NCBI GenBank assembly: GCA_964433155.1 | Contig: CAYSQE010000003.1 | Span: 12,061 to 76,060, forward strand | Direction of reading: 5' to 3' | DNA: 64,000 nt | Source of the DNA: an uncultured Gammaproteobacteria bacterium | GTDB taxonomy: Bacteria > Patescibacteriota > Microgenomatia > UBA1406 > GWC2-37-13 | Part shown: piece by piece, positions 55,756 to 63,973 of the stretch | Layout: every line of letters begins with the position of its first letter | How positions within the stretch are numbered: position 1 is the stretch's first letter | Notes under the pieces: model-generated | What the model was told of the DNA's origin: nothing | Databases searched by the model: none | Seen by the model: only the letters and a program-made list of their open reading frames with translations | Position numbers and translations under genes: made by a program

Positions 55756-56825
55756 ATAAAAATCTGCCGCTTAGCGGATTAAAGATAATCGACATGACGC
55801 AGTACCTGCCCGGACCTCTAGCCACTAAAATATTGAGCGATCTGGGGGCAGAAGTCATCAAAGTCGAGTTCGGAGAAGGTGATTTTTTGCGGATAATCCC
55901 TCCTTTTTCCCAAAAAATGAGTCTACTTTTTCAAACCCTCAATGCAGGGAAAAAAAGCCTTGGGCTAAATGTGCAAAAAAATGAAGGGTACGAAATATTG
56001 TCGAAACTTTTGCAACAATCAGACATCCTTATTCATTCCTTTCGAACTAGAAGAGCCGCGAAGTTGAAGATAACTTTCGACCAACTGAGAAAGATTCAAC
56101 CTCAGATCATCCTTTGTGAAATGCTTGCGGACTTTGAGATTGAGGCGGGACATGACCTAAACTTTCTTTCCTTATCTGGAATACTTTCCCTACGGTCCAA
56201 ACAAACTGGCGACCTGCCATACTTTCAGATAGGGGACCTGATGGGAGGAACACTCAGCGTAGTTTCTAGTTTACTTGCCACTATCATTATGCGAGAAAAA
56301 ACTAGAAGACCTCAACATTTGCAGATCTCAATGTTGGAAGGGACAAAATATTTTCTTAACTTTTATTTTAAGTCCGTCCAAAAAAATGGTATTGACACTC
56401 TTGATATCCTGAGAGGAAAGGCTCCTTGTTATAACATCTACAGGTGCAAGGATGGAAAAAAAATAGCCATGGCTGCTTTAGAGCCAATTTTTTGGGCAAA
56501 TATCTGTGAAGTCATCAAGCATAAAGACTTGCTAGACAAACAGTTTGACGAAAACTATATTCCTGAACTTAAAAATATATTTAGCCAAAAAAACCGGGGG
56601 GAGTGGCTGAAAATGTTTAATTCTTCAGATACAACTGTTAGTCCTTTATTAGATCGTGCCGAAGTCTCTGTCAATAAACAATTTCCAGCTAAATTCAACG
56701 ATCAAAGTTTTAATCTTGCAAAAAAAGCTCCTTTACTTGGCGAAGACACTAAAAATATTTTAGAAAATCTTGGCTACTCTAAAGTAGAAATCCTGCGTTT
56801 GCGTTCCGAAAGAATAGTTTTATAA
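55752..56825 (+). CDS. Family III CoA-transferase (CaiB/BaiF-like)
   Basis: LSGLKIIDMTQYLPGPLATKILSDLGAEVIKVE N-terminus. ATGA-coupled to the fusion gene. Confidence 0.8.
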   Translation: MNKNLPLSGLKIIDMTQYLPGPLATKILSDLGAEVIKVEFGEGDFLRIIPPFSQKMSLLFQTLNAGKKSLGLNVQKNEGYEILSKLLQQSDILIHSFRTRRAAKLKITFDQLRKIQPQIILCEMLADFEIEAGHDLNFLSLSGILSLRSKQTGDLPYFQIGDLMGGTLSVVSSLLATIIMREKTRRPQHLQISMLEGTKYFLNFYFKSVQKNGIDTLDILRGKAPCYNIYRCKDGKKIAMAALEPIFWANICEVIKHKDLLDKQFDENYIPELKNIFSQKNRGEWLKMFNSSDTTVSPLLDRAEVSVNKQFPAKFNDQSFNLAKKAPLLGEDTKNILENLGYSKVEILRLRSERIVL

Positions 56826-56837
56826 GCTAATTTTTTT

Positions 56838-57866
56838 TCAAGCGTCTAAGAAAGATTTGGGAGTGAAAAAAGTCCTTCCATCGGCATCTATAAATCTAAA
56901 CAAAGCGCCTCTTATAACTTTTTGCGGCACTTCTTCTGGCCGCATCGTAGTGTTTCCACTTCGAGTGATGATATGTGTTACTGTCGACGAAAGTTTTTGG
57001 ATATCGCCTTCTCTCAACAAACTCATAATTTCTGGTAATGAATGATTTGAATTAAGCGCTCTCACAAGTAATTGGATGAAGGCAATTTCGAAATTGGGAC
57101 TACGGGAATCTGATCCTGTAGTAGAATCATGTATTTCTCCAATGGTCAATCCTTGCAGATTAGTAACAAATTCTGAATAAGCTCTTTCATAGCTATCGTC
57201 GCTCTGGAGTTCTAAATTGCTAATTTGTGACAGCAATCTTCGTGTAATGATTGTTAGTGCCCTTGGATAATATTCTTTCATTCCATCGAGCCCCCACATA
57301 ATTGATTGTTCATCTCCAAATATATTTCTTGCCGTTTCTTCATGTTTTTCTTCCACTCCAGGCATAACCGACACCATTAATCCCTCATAAAATATTCTCG
57401 TTGCAAATCCTCTTTGAGCTGCAGTAATTTGATTAAGATCAATTTTAACTCTAAAAAGTTGTTCCAATTGTTGAGCAAACATTCTTTTTTTTGCAAGTGT
57501 AAGATTAACCGGAACTTCTGCAGACTGTCTAGCTAAGGCATACCAGACAAGTTGCCTTCTTCTTTCATCAGGAAAGGTGAAAATTTCGTCTGAGATGGTC
57601 ATTGCTTGAGTTGTCGGTTCAACTACCCAATATTGATCGCTGACAGATTGTTTAACACCAGTGAGTTTAATGAACAGGGGGTGGGCAGGTGTTGATTGCC
57701 GAGAAACAGGACCAACATCAATGGTTGGAATCCAACTTTCGGCTTGATCTGCAAGCCGTGGGTCAAACAATTTCCAAAGAGGAACTGCGATCTTAATATC
57801 GTCTCTCAACATCCCTAATTGGTGTTCTTTTGCAGCGTTTGGATTGGGTGGAAGATCTAAAACCAT
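56838..57866 (-). CDS. Hypothetical soluble protein (342 aa), no recognisable domain
   Basis: Long uninterrupted ORF with no TM or signal sequence. Noticeably less Lys/Ile-rich and more Gln/Arg/Ala-rich than its neighbours. Confidence 0.5.
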   Translation of the reverse strand: MVLDLPPNPNAAKEHQLGMLRDDIKIAVPLWKLFDPRLADQAESWIPTIDVGPVSRQSTPAHPLFIKLTGVKQSVSDQYWVVEPTTQAMTISDEIFTFPDERRRQLVWYALARQSAEVPVNLTLAKKRMFAQQLEQLFRVKIDLNQITAAQRGFATRIFYEGLMVSVMPGVEEKHEETARNIFGDEQSIMWGLDGMKEYYPRALTIITRRLLSQISNLELQSDDSYERAYSEFVTNLQGLTIGEIHDSTTGSDSRSPNFEIAFIQLLVRALNSNHSLPEIMSLLREGDIQKLSSTVTHIITRSGNTTMRPEEVPQKVIRGALFRFIDADGRTFFTPKSFLDA

Positions 57867-57903
57867 CGCAGCATTATAGAATATTTCAAGTCAATATTCA
57901 ACT

Positions 57904-58911
57904 TTATCTTTGCCACCCATTTGGATGATCTTTATACCAGGTGAGTAATGATTCTATACTATCCTTACTTGTTCTTGTAGGTTTCCAAGCCAAAACTTTA
58001 TTTGCTTTTTCGATCGAGGCAATCATTTTTGCGTATTCTCCTTGACGTGGAGTTGTTTTTTTTAAATTTACTTTTTTTCCAGTGACTTCTTCAACGATTT
58101 TTGCTACCTCAAGGACAGAACTCCCAGACCCAGTACCAATATTAATAACCTCACTATTTCCGCCGTTAAATAAATATTCAAGAGCCTTTAGGTGTGCACG
58201 ATTTAGATCAACAACATTGACATAATCTCTTATCGGGGTTTTATCTGGAGTATCAACTTGGGGACAGGTGAGATAAAATTTTTCAATCTCCAAAACTCCT
58301 CTAACCAAATTCTGAGTTAAAAGTGACGATGGCTTTTTTGAGTCACCGATCAACCCATCATCTGAAGCGCCGGTAACGTTAAAATAACGGAGGATACAGT
58401 ACTGTATCCTCTTTAATTTTCCAAACCATGCTATGATTTTTTCAGCCATTAATTTTGACTCTCCATAGGGATTGCTTGGTTTTGTGGGATGTTTTTCGTC
58501 AACTGGCACATGCTTTGCGTCTCCATAGACAGCGCAGGTAGAGGAAAAAACAATATTTTTAATACCAAACTCTGTCATCTTCTCAAGCAGATTAAGTGTT
58601 CCGATGATGTTATTTTTAAAATATTTTTCTGGCTTTTTCATCGATTCATCAACCAAGCAGGAAGCCGCAAAGTGGATTACGGCTTGAATATCTTTTTCGG
58701 TAGTAAACAACGAACCGAGATCATGTCGCAGATCCTTTTCATAAAAGCGAAGCTTTTCCTTGCCAAATTTTTTCTGGAGCAATTCAAGCGGCACTCTATA
58801 ACCTGTAGAATAATTATCAACCCCCACAACCTCATATCCCTTTTGCAGAAATAGATACGTTGCTACAGATCCTATATAACCTCCAGCGCCAGTTATCAAA
58901 ATCTTACGCAT
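57904..58911 (-). CDS. galE: UDP-glucose 4-epimerase
   Basis: ILITGAGGYIGS, STCAVYGD, YGESKLMAE and the typical GalE length. Confidence 0.85.
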   Translation of the reverse strand: MRKILITGAGGYIGSVATYLFLQKGYEVVGVDNYSTGYRVPLELLQKKFGKEKLRFYEKDLRHDLGSLFTTEKDIQAVIHFAASCLVDESMKKPEKYFKNNIIGTLNLLEKMTEFGIKNIVFSSTCAVYGDAKHVPVDEKHPTKPSNPYGESKLMAEKIIAWFGKLKRIQYCILRYFNVTGASDDGLIGDSKKPSSLLTQNLVRGVLEIEKFYLTCPQVDTPDKTPIRDYVNVVDLNRAHLKALEYLFNGGNSEVINIGTGSGSSVLEVAKIVEEVTGKKVNLKKTTPRQGEYAKMIASIEKANKVLAWKPTRTSKDSIESLLTWYKDHPNGWQR

Positions 58912-58968
58912 AATGCTATTTTAGCAAGTTTAAAGGTAAAAGGTTAGGATGCCCGTGTAGAATAAAGG

Positions 58969-59379
58969 TTATGAAGCTGGTCGTTTAAAATTATCCCAAG
59001 CTTTTGAAAGATTATACAACTGTCTGCCGGAAATGTCGTATGTTTTAATTAGATTATCAATTTGCTCTATATTAATGCTGTAAAGATCTTTACATTGCTC
59101 TAGGCTTACGATTGTTTCGTTACACTCTCCCATTGCGTCATCTAAGTATTTTTGAAATCCAGCTTTTTGATGACGTTTACCGTAGCCTTCAGCAATTAAT
59201 CTTGGAATTGACTTACATGATCTACTAAGTTGATCTTTCAAATCATACTTTTCACTTGCTGGAAGTAATGGAATAATTTTTTTCATCACAATTAACATTG
59301 CTTTATATGTATTTTGAAAAACGTTTAAATCTCTAAATGACGTAATTGGTTTTTTATTTATTTGATTATCCATACTCAT
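58969..59379 (-). CDS. Four-helix-bundle protein (23S rRNA intervening-sequence protein / Avd-like family)
   Basis: FRDLNVFQNTYKAMLIVMKKI...EKYDLKDQLSRSCKSIPRLIAEGYGKRHQKAGFQKYLDDAMGECNETIVSLEQC matches the family pattern. Confidence 0.7.
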   Translation of the reverse strand: MSMDNQINKKPITSFRDLNVFQNTYKAMLIVMKKIIPLLPASEKYDLKDQLSRSCKSIPRLIAEGYGKRHQKAGFQKYLDDAMGECNETIVSLEQCKDLYSINIEQIDNLIKTYDISGRQLYNLSKAWDNFKRPAS

Positions 59380-59409
59380 GTAAGTCCTAACCCCTAAACC
59401 AAACCGGCT

Positions 59410-60318
59410 TCATAACCATTTACCCCTTAACCTATGTAATGGATGCCAGTTAATCCTTCTCTCCGCCAAATATATCCCTCCAAAAACAAGCACTGAACCG
59501 AAGAAAAAATGAATCGTAGGATACTCACTAAGTAGAGGAGCTGCAATAAGTACCGCGACTACCGGATCGATATAGGTAAAAAGTCCAACCTCCTGCGTAT
59601 CAATCTTTGAAATACCATAATTAAACAAAAAATACGCCAAAGCAGAAGATAAAAATACCCCAAATAATATGCCGGTCCAACCTCTGATATCAAGGCTTGA
59701 AAAAGACCACGATTGTGTCTCAAACAAAAACATAGGAAAGAAACTTACGGCTCCTATTAAAAAACTGATAAAAGTTACCATGGCTGAACCTACCTTAGCG
59801 ATTACATTTTTTTGTAACAGTGGGTGAAGTACTGCTCCTAAGGTAGCCAGCAAAAAGAAAAGGTTTCCTTGCAATTCTCCTAAAGCCAAAGTCTCTCCAT
59901 CAAATATGACGGGGGATAGAATTATGAGTAAAACCCCAAGCAGTGCAATAAGCATTCCTATAAAAACCTTCGAATGGGCTTTTTCCTTTAAAAAAAGTAT
60001 GGACAAAAAATACAAGAAAACCGGGCCAGAAGAAGCAATTATTGGCGCGTTGATACTCTGAGATCTTTGTAAGCCCCAAAAGAAAAATGTGATATTGACG
60101 CTGATCCCAAAAAAAGCCCCCAAAATCAGTTCTAACCATTCTTTACGTGATAGTTTTACTTCCCATTTTTTAATTAAAGGAATAAATAGAGATGCAGCAA
60201 AGAAGAAACGAATAAAGGCTAGTGTGAATGGAGGAATGTTCTCAAGAGCAAACTTGAAAATAGGCGAGGCTGCACCCCAGATAATATTTGCTATGACGAG
60301 AGCCAAAATTGGATTCAT
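59410..60318 (-). CDS. EamA/DMT-superfamily transporter
   Basis: 10 TM helices in two halves. Stop/start overlaps the upstream GT2. Confidence 0.7.
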   Translation of the reverse strand: MNPILALVIANIIWGAASPIFKFALENIPPFTLAFIRFFFAASLFIPLIKKWEVKLSRKEWLELILGAFFGISVNITFFFWGLQRSQSINAPIIASSGPVFLYFLSILFLKEKAHSKVFIGMLIALLGVLLIILSPVIFDGETLALGELQGNLFFLLATLGAVLHPLLQKNVIAKVGSAMVTFISFLIGAVSFFPMFLFETQSWSFSSLDIRGWTGILFGVFLSSALAYFLFNYGISKIDTQEVGLFTYIDPVVAVLIAAPLLSEYPTIHFFFGSVLVFGGIYLAERRINWHPLHRLRGKWL

Positions 60319-61244
60319 TTTTTCTTTTTGTTTAAATAGACAATAAGCTCACCAATTATTCCTGTGGTGATAATCTGTATTCCTACAATAAGAAGAACTA
60401 CGCCTAATAAAAGAGCTGGCCTTCGATAAAGTAAAACTCCAAAAAATAATCTTTCAATTGTCAAATAAAGGCTTACTAAAAAACCTGCTACAAACAAAGC
60501 GCCCCCAACGATTCCAAAAAAATGAAGGGGTCTTTCGGAAAATTTATAAATAAAATAGGCAGTTAATGTGTCCAATAAACCAACAAAAACTTTTTCAATT
60601 CCATACTTTGATTTTCCGTGTAACCTCGGGTTGTTCTTTACCGGTATTTCTGTCACTCTATATCCATTGTAATACACCGCAAGTGGAAAGAAACGGAAAT
60701 TATTGCCATAAAAAGTAAAGTCAGACAAAACCTCTCTCCTAAAGGCTTTAAAACCACAATTTATATCGCTGAACGGAGAATGTAAAAAAATCTGCAAAAA
60801 ATATCGTGCTAATGTAGAGTAAATTTTTATTATGGTGTTATCTTTTCTACCGATTCTAATCCCGTTGACGAAATCATATCCAGCTTCAATTTTCTTCACG
60901 AATTTAGGCAAGTCTTCGGGATCATCCTGCAAATCTGCATCCATAAATATGATTACATCACCGTTTGCTTCCTGTAAACCGGAAAATAATGCCTGTCCCT
61001 TTCCTAATTTTTTTTTATGATGAATTATCTTAATTCTTGAATTTCTGAGGTCAAACATTGATATAGAACCATCCGTGGAACCATCATTTACAAGAATAAT
61101 TTCGTACTCTTGTTTTAGTTTATTGCACTGATGAACTAATTGACCTGCCTCGCCGGCAGGCGGGTTAATCAAAGCGGGTAAATTGTCTTTTTCGTTATAA
61201 AAAGGAATAATAATTGAAATCATATATTTGTACGGACAGAACAT
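60315..61244 (-). CDS. Polyprenol-phosphate glycosyltransferase (GT2, GtrB/ArnC/DPM1-like) with two C-terminal TM helices
   Basis: ISIIIPFYNE...YEIILVNDGSTDGS...FMDADLQDDPEDL, plus a hydrophobic C-terminus. Alternative start ATG 61223. Confidence 0.8.
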   Translation of the reverse strand: MFCPYKYMISIIIPFYNEKDNLPALINPPAGEAGQLVHQCNKLKQEYEIILVNDGSTDGSISMFDLRNSRIKIIHHKKKLGKGQALFSGLQEANGDVIIFMDADLQDDPEDLPKFVKKIEAGYDFVNGIRIGRKDNTIIKIYSTLARYFLQIFLHSPFSDINCGFKAFRREVLSDFTFYGNNFRFFPLAVYYNGYRVTEIPVKNNPRLHGKSKYGIEKVFVGLLDTLTAYFIYKFSERPLHFFGIVGGALFVAGFLVSLYLTIERLFFGVLLYRRPALLLGVVLLIVGIQIITTGIIGELIVYLNKKKK

Positions 61245-61254
61245 TGTTCTGTCG

Positions 61255-62802
61255 CTACATTATAATTCTTTTATATACTTCGAAATTTTTTTTCTGATAT
61301 ATTAATTCAAAATTAGTATCTTTTTTTAAATTTTCGTAAACAGGAATCATCTCTTCTTTTTGATAATACGTATAGATTTCGTTAAGTCTTACGATGACGT
61401 AGTCTGCTAAATTATAGTAACGCGAGAAAGTATAAAAATAACGCCTCGAAGTAAAAAATGGCGAGAGTTGGCCGGTCGACGAGATCTTCAGACTCTCATC
61501 TTTTAGTGTCTTTGCCCAAAAGGCTGTATCTTTTGCCTCCACCTGAGGATACTTCATGGGGTGAATATTTTGATTTAAAGCACCAGGCAAGGGCCCCATC
61601 CAATAAGCAAACACTATCGATGATATCAAAATGTAAAGTCCCAAAGGCAAATAAAATGATTTTCGCTCAAAAAATGAATTATTTAATATTTTATATAGAT
61701 TCCTAGCAGCGTAAATCGCAGAAATGAATACAAATGGAGTAATGACAGCAGCATAGTGATAATAAATATTACGCATACTTGGATCTTTAGAGAGGATATT
61801 AATGGCCAACTCCGGGAATGAGATCAAAAACGCTAAAGGTGAGAGGAGAGAAAGAAAGCCTAAAGGACCAAGGAGTGTCAAATAATATGTAAGGGATTGC
61901 TGGCTTAAAAATATTTTTAATATACTATATGGTCGAGTTATGATACCTATAATGATTCCTATAGGTGAATTGCCGAAATCCCCATATTTTCCAATTGCAA
62001 AATGTTCACTCCCTCGAGTCAGCGGGATAATGTAAAAGATAGAAAGTATGAACCAGATTATACTCATAGCCACTATAACTGCTAGGAATATTTTTTGCCT
62101 CTTAGACACTTTATTTGGCAAGCGATTCTCATTTAGGTTATTTTGACTTCGCCAAAAAGTCCAAAATCCATACAGTCCAAAGATCATTGTTGTCAATACG
62201 ACCTGCTCTTTAGAAATTATCGATAAGGCAAAAAATAATAAACTCAACCAATATCGTTTAACTAACCAGAAATAATACATAAAAAGAAGTGTTGTCGTGG
62301 CCAAAGTTACCGCATGAAAATCAAAGATATTTCCCTTCTGTAAAGGCGGATAAAGAAGATATGATAGAGAAAAGATGAGAGATAAAAAATAAGAGTTAGG
62401 AGTCCTTCCCAATACGTGTAATGCTATTTTATAGACAGCAAGCGCTCCGAGCGCAACCACGACAACTTGAATAACTAGAAGTGTTTCGACGCCTGAATGA
62501 ATAAAGTAGAACGGTGAAATGAGTGCTAGTAATATATCGTTATGTATAGCCATTCGCTTAATCTGATCAGGACCATATGGATCTGTAAGTTCTAGGATTC
62601 TTGATAAGTCGCCAGCTTGAAGTCCTTTATAGGTATTAAAAACAGTCTGTTGCATTATCCCTAAGTCAAAGTAAGAAGCGTAAAGCGTTTTATAACGAAG
62701 AATTGTAAAGTAGGAAAAATAAACAATATAGGATAAGATGAAAACCCAAAGCAATAGTTGGTATTTATACTTACCTATAATGGTAAAGATATGTAAAAAC
62801 AT
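61255..62802 (-). CDS. DUF2079-like polytopic membrane protein (GT-C-like)
   Basis: YFDLGIMQQTVFNT near the N-terminus and about 13 TM helices, as in DUF2079 proteins. Confidence 0.55.
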   Translation of the reverse strand: MFLHIFTIIGKYKYQLLLWVFILSYIVYFSYFTILRYKTLYASYFDLGIMQQTVFNTYKGLQAGDLSRILELTDPYGPDQIKRMAIHNDILLALISPFYFIHSGVETLLVIQVVVVALGALAVYKIALHVLGRTPNSYFLSLIFSLSYLLYPPLQKGNIFDFHAVTLATTTLLFMYYFWLVKRYWLSLLFFALSIISKEQVVLTTMIFGLYGFWTFWRSQNNLNENRLPNKVSKRQKIFLAVIVAMSIIWFILSIFYIIPLTRGSEHFAIGKYGDFGNSPIGIIIGIITRPYSILKIFLSQQSLTYYLTLLGPLGFLSLLSPLAFLISFPELAINILSKDPSMRNIYYHYAAVITPFVFISAIYAARNLYKILNNSFFERKSFYLPLGLYILISSIVFAYWMGPLPGALNQNIHPMKYPQVEAKDTAFWAKTLKDESLKISSTGQLSPFFTSRRYFYTFSRYYNLADYVIVRLNEIYTYYQKEEMIPVYENLKKDTNFELIYQKKNFEVYKRIIM

Positions 62803-62850
62803 GGTTATATTGTTATATGGCTAAATGGCTAATTAGTTAACAATATATCC
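62803..62850. repeat. Inverted repeat TATATTGTTA (62806-62815) / TAACAATATA (62838-62847) enclosing the direct repeat ATGGCTAA x2
   Basis: Read directly. A 10-bp perfect stem (12 of 13 with flanks) abuts the start codon of the DUF2079 gene. Confidence 0.6.
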
Positions 62851-62880
62851 ATGTAGCTATTTAACCATGTAGCTATTTTA
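62849..62880. repeat. Direct 16-mer repeat CCATGTAGCTATTTAA / CCATGTAGCTATTTTA
   Basis: Read directly. The second copy contains the xer stop codon. Confidence 0.7.
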
Positions 62881-63834
62881 TTTATTCCCCGAGTGAAACT
62901 TCTCGTGTATCTCTTTCAATCTCGTATTTGTGACATGTGTATAGATCTGAGTAGTCGAAATGTTTTTGTGACCCAACATTTCTTGTACAGACCGTAAATC
63001 TGCTCCATGCGACAAAAGATCGGTCGCGTATGAATGTCTGAGAACGTGGGGGCCTATACGAAATAAAATTCCAGCCTTTTTTCTGTACTTATCAATTAGC
63101 CGTTCTATAGACCGTGCAGACAATCTTTGTTTCTCATCGGTCAGTCCTTCTTGACCTTTCGGTCCCGAGTATCTAATAAAAAGAGCTCTATATGGATCTT
63201 TGCGATTTTGCAGATACTTAGTCAGCCACTCTTTAGCTTTTTTTGAAAGAAACACAACGCGAGCCTTACCTCCCTTGCCAATTACCCCAAACTCGCCAGA
63301 ATCCATATTGACCTGCTCACGGTTTAAGGAAACAAGCTCAGAGACACGAAGACCTGTGGAGAATAAAACTTCCAATATTGTTCTATCACGTATGCCTAAT
63401 ATTTCTTTCGTATCGACTACTTTAAAAAGCTTATCTAATTCTTCTTCTTGCAAAAACTTGATATTCCTGTCTCGTTGTTTACCAAGTTCGATCATCTCGG
63501 GAGAGATTGTATTTATTCTTTGCTTGATTAGGTATCTGAAAAATGATCGAAGAGCAACCAAAAAATAATTTTGCGTCTGACGTTTTAGTTCTCCCTTGAA
63601 TTTATTTTTATACTGGTGAGAAAGAAATAGTCGAAAATCTCTTATTATGTCTTCTGTTATATCTTCAACTTTAAAGTCTCCATTTTGAACTTTGAACTTT
63701 GAACTTTGAACTTTTAATAGCCAGTCTTGGAAGAAGTGAAGATAATAACCATACATGCGAACAGTTTTTAAGGATAGATTGCGATCGAGTTCAGAGTATT
63801 CCAAAAATCTTAAGATTGCTTCTTTTATACCCAT
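62878..63834 (-). CDS. Tyrosine site-specific recombinase, XerC/XerD family
   Basis: Catalytic region ARSIERLI...HVLRHSYATDLLSHGADLRSVQEMLGHKNISTTQIYTHV (R..HxxR..Y). The N-terminal SAM-like domain carries an extra KVQSSKFKVQNGDFKVED segment. Confidence 0.85.
   Translation of the reverse strand: MGIKEAILRFLEYSELDRNLSLKTVRMYGYYLHFFQDWLLKVQSSKFKVQNGDFKVEDITEDIIRDFRLFLSHQYKNKFKGELKRQTQNYFLVALRSFFRYLIKQRINTISPEMIELGKQRDRNIKFLQEEELDKLFKVVDTKEILGIRDRTILEVLFSTGLRVSELVSLNREQVNMDSGEFGVIGKGGKARVVFLSKKAKEWLTKYLQNRKDPYRALFIRYSGPKGQEGLTDEKQRLSARSIERLIDKYRKKAGILFRIGPHVLRHSYATDLLSHGADLRSVQEMLGHKNISTTQIYTHVTNTRLKEIHEKFHSGNK
63684..63711. repeat. Perfect heptamer tandem repeat (TTTGAAC x4) inside the xer coding region
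   Basis: tttgaac tttgaac tttgaac tttgaac, read directly. Confidence 0.8.
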
Positions 63835-63873
63835 GCTCTTATATTATACGACGTCAGTTTATAATTCAACAGG

Positions 63874-63882
63874 TGATATAAT
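63874..63882 (+). promoter_or_regulatory. Extended -10 element TGaTATAAT upstream of tRNA-Leu
   Basis: Ends 8 nt before the first tRNA nucleotide (63891). Confidence 0.4.
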
Positions 63883-63890
63883 ATACTAAT

Positions 63891-63973
63891 GCCGCAGTGG
63901 CGGAATGGCAGACGCGCAAGGTTTAGGACCTTGTACCCGCAAGGGCGTAGGGGTTCAACTCCTCTCTGCGGCA
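63891..63973 (+). tRNA. tRNA-Leu (anticodon UAG), class II with long variable arm
   Basis: GCCGCAG acceptor pairs with CTGCGGC. Anticodon stem-loop is CAAGG-TT-TAG-GA-CCTTG. Variable arm is CCCGCAAGGG. T-loop is GGTTCAACTCC. Discriminator is A. Confidence 0.9.

Noticed and set aside
58969-59379. The Avd-like four-helix-bundle gene as part of a diversity-generating retroelement.
   Set aside because: No reverse transcriptase (no YxDD-containing ORF) is present in the window, and I could not see a template/variable repeat pair. A DGR elsewhere in the genome cannot be excluded.
62878-63973. Tyrosine recombinase next to tRNA-Leu as the boundary of a prophage or integrative island.
   Set aside because: The recombinase has XerC/XerD-type sequence (chromosome dimer resolution). 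No phage, conjugation or excisionase genes follow. I found no direct repeat of the tRNA 3' end in the window, and flanking genes have the same composition as the rest.
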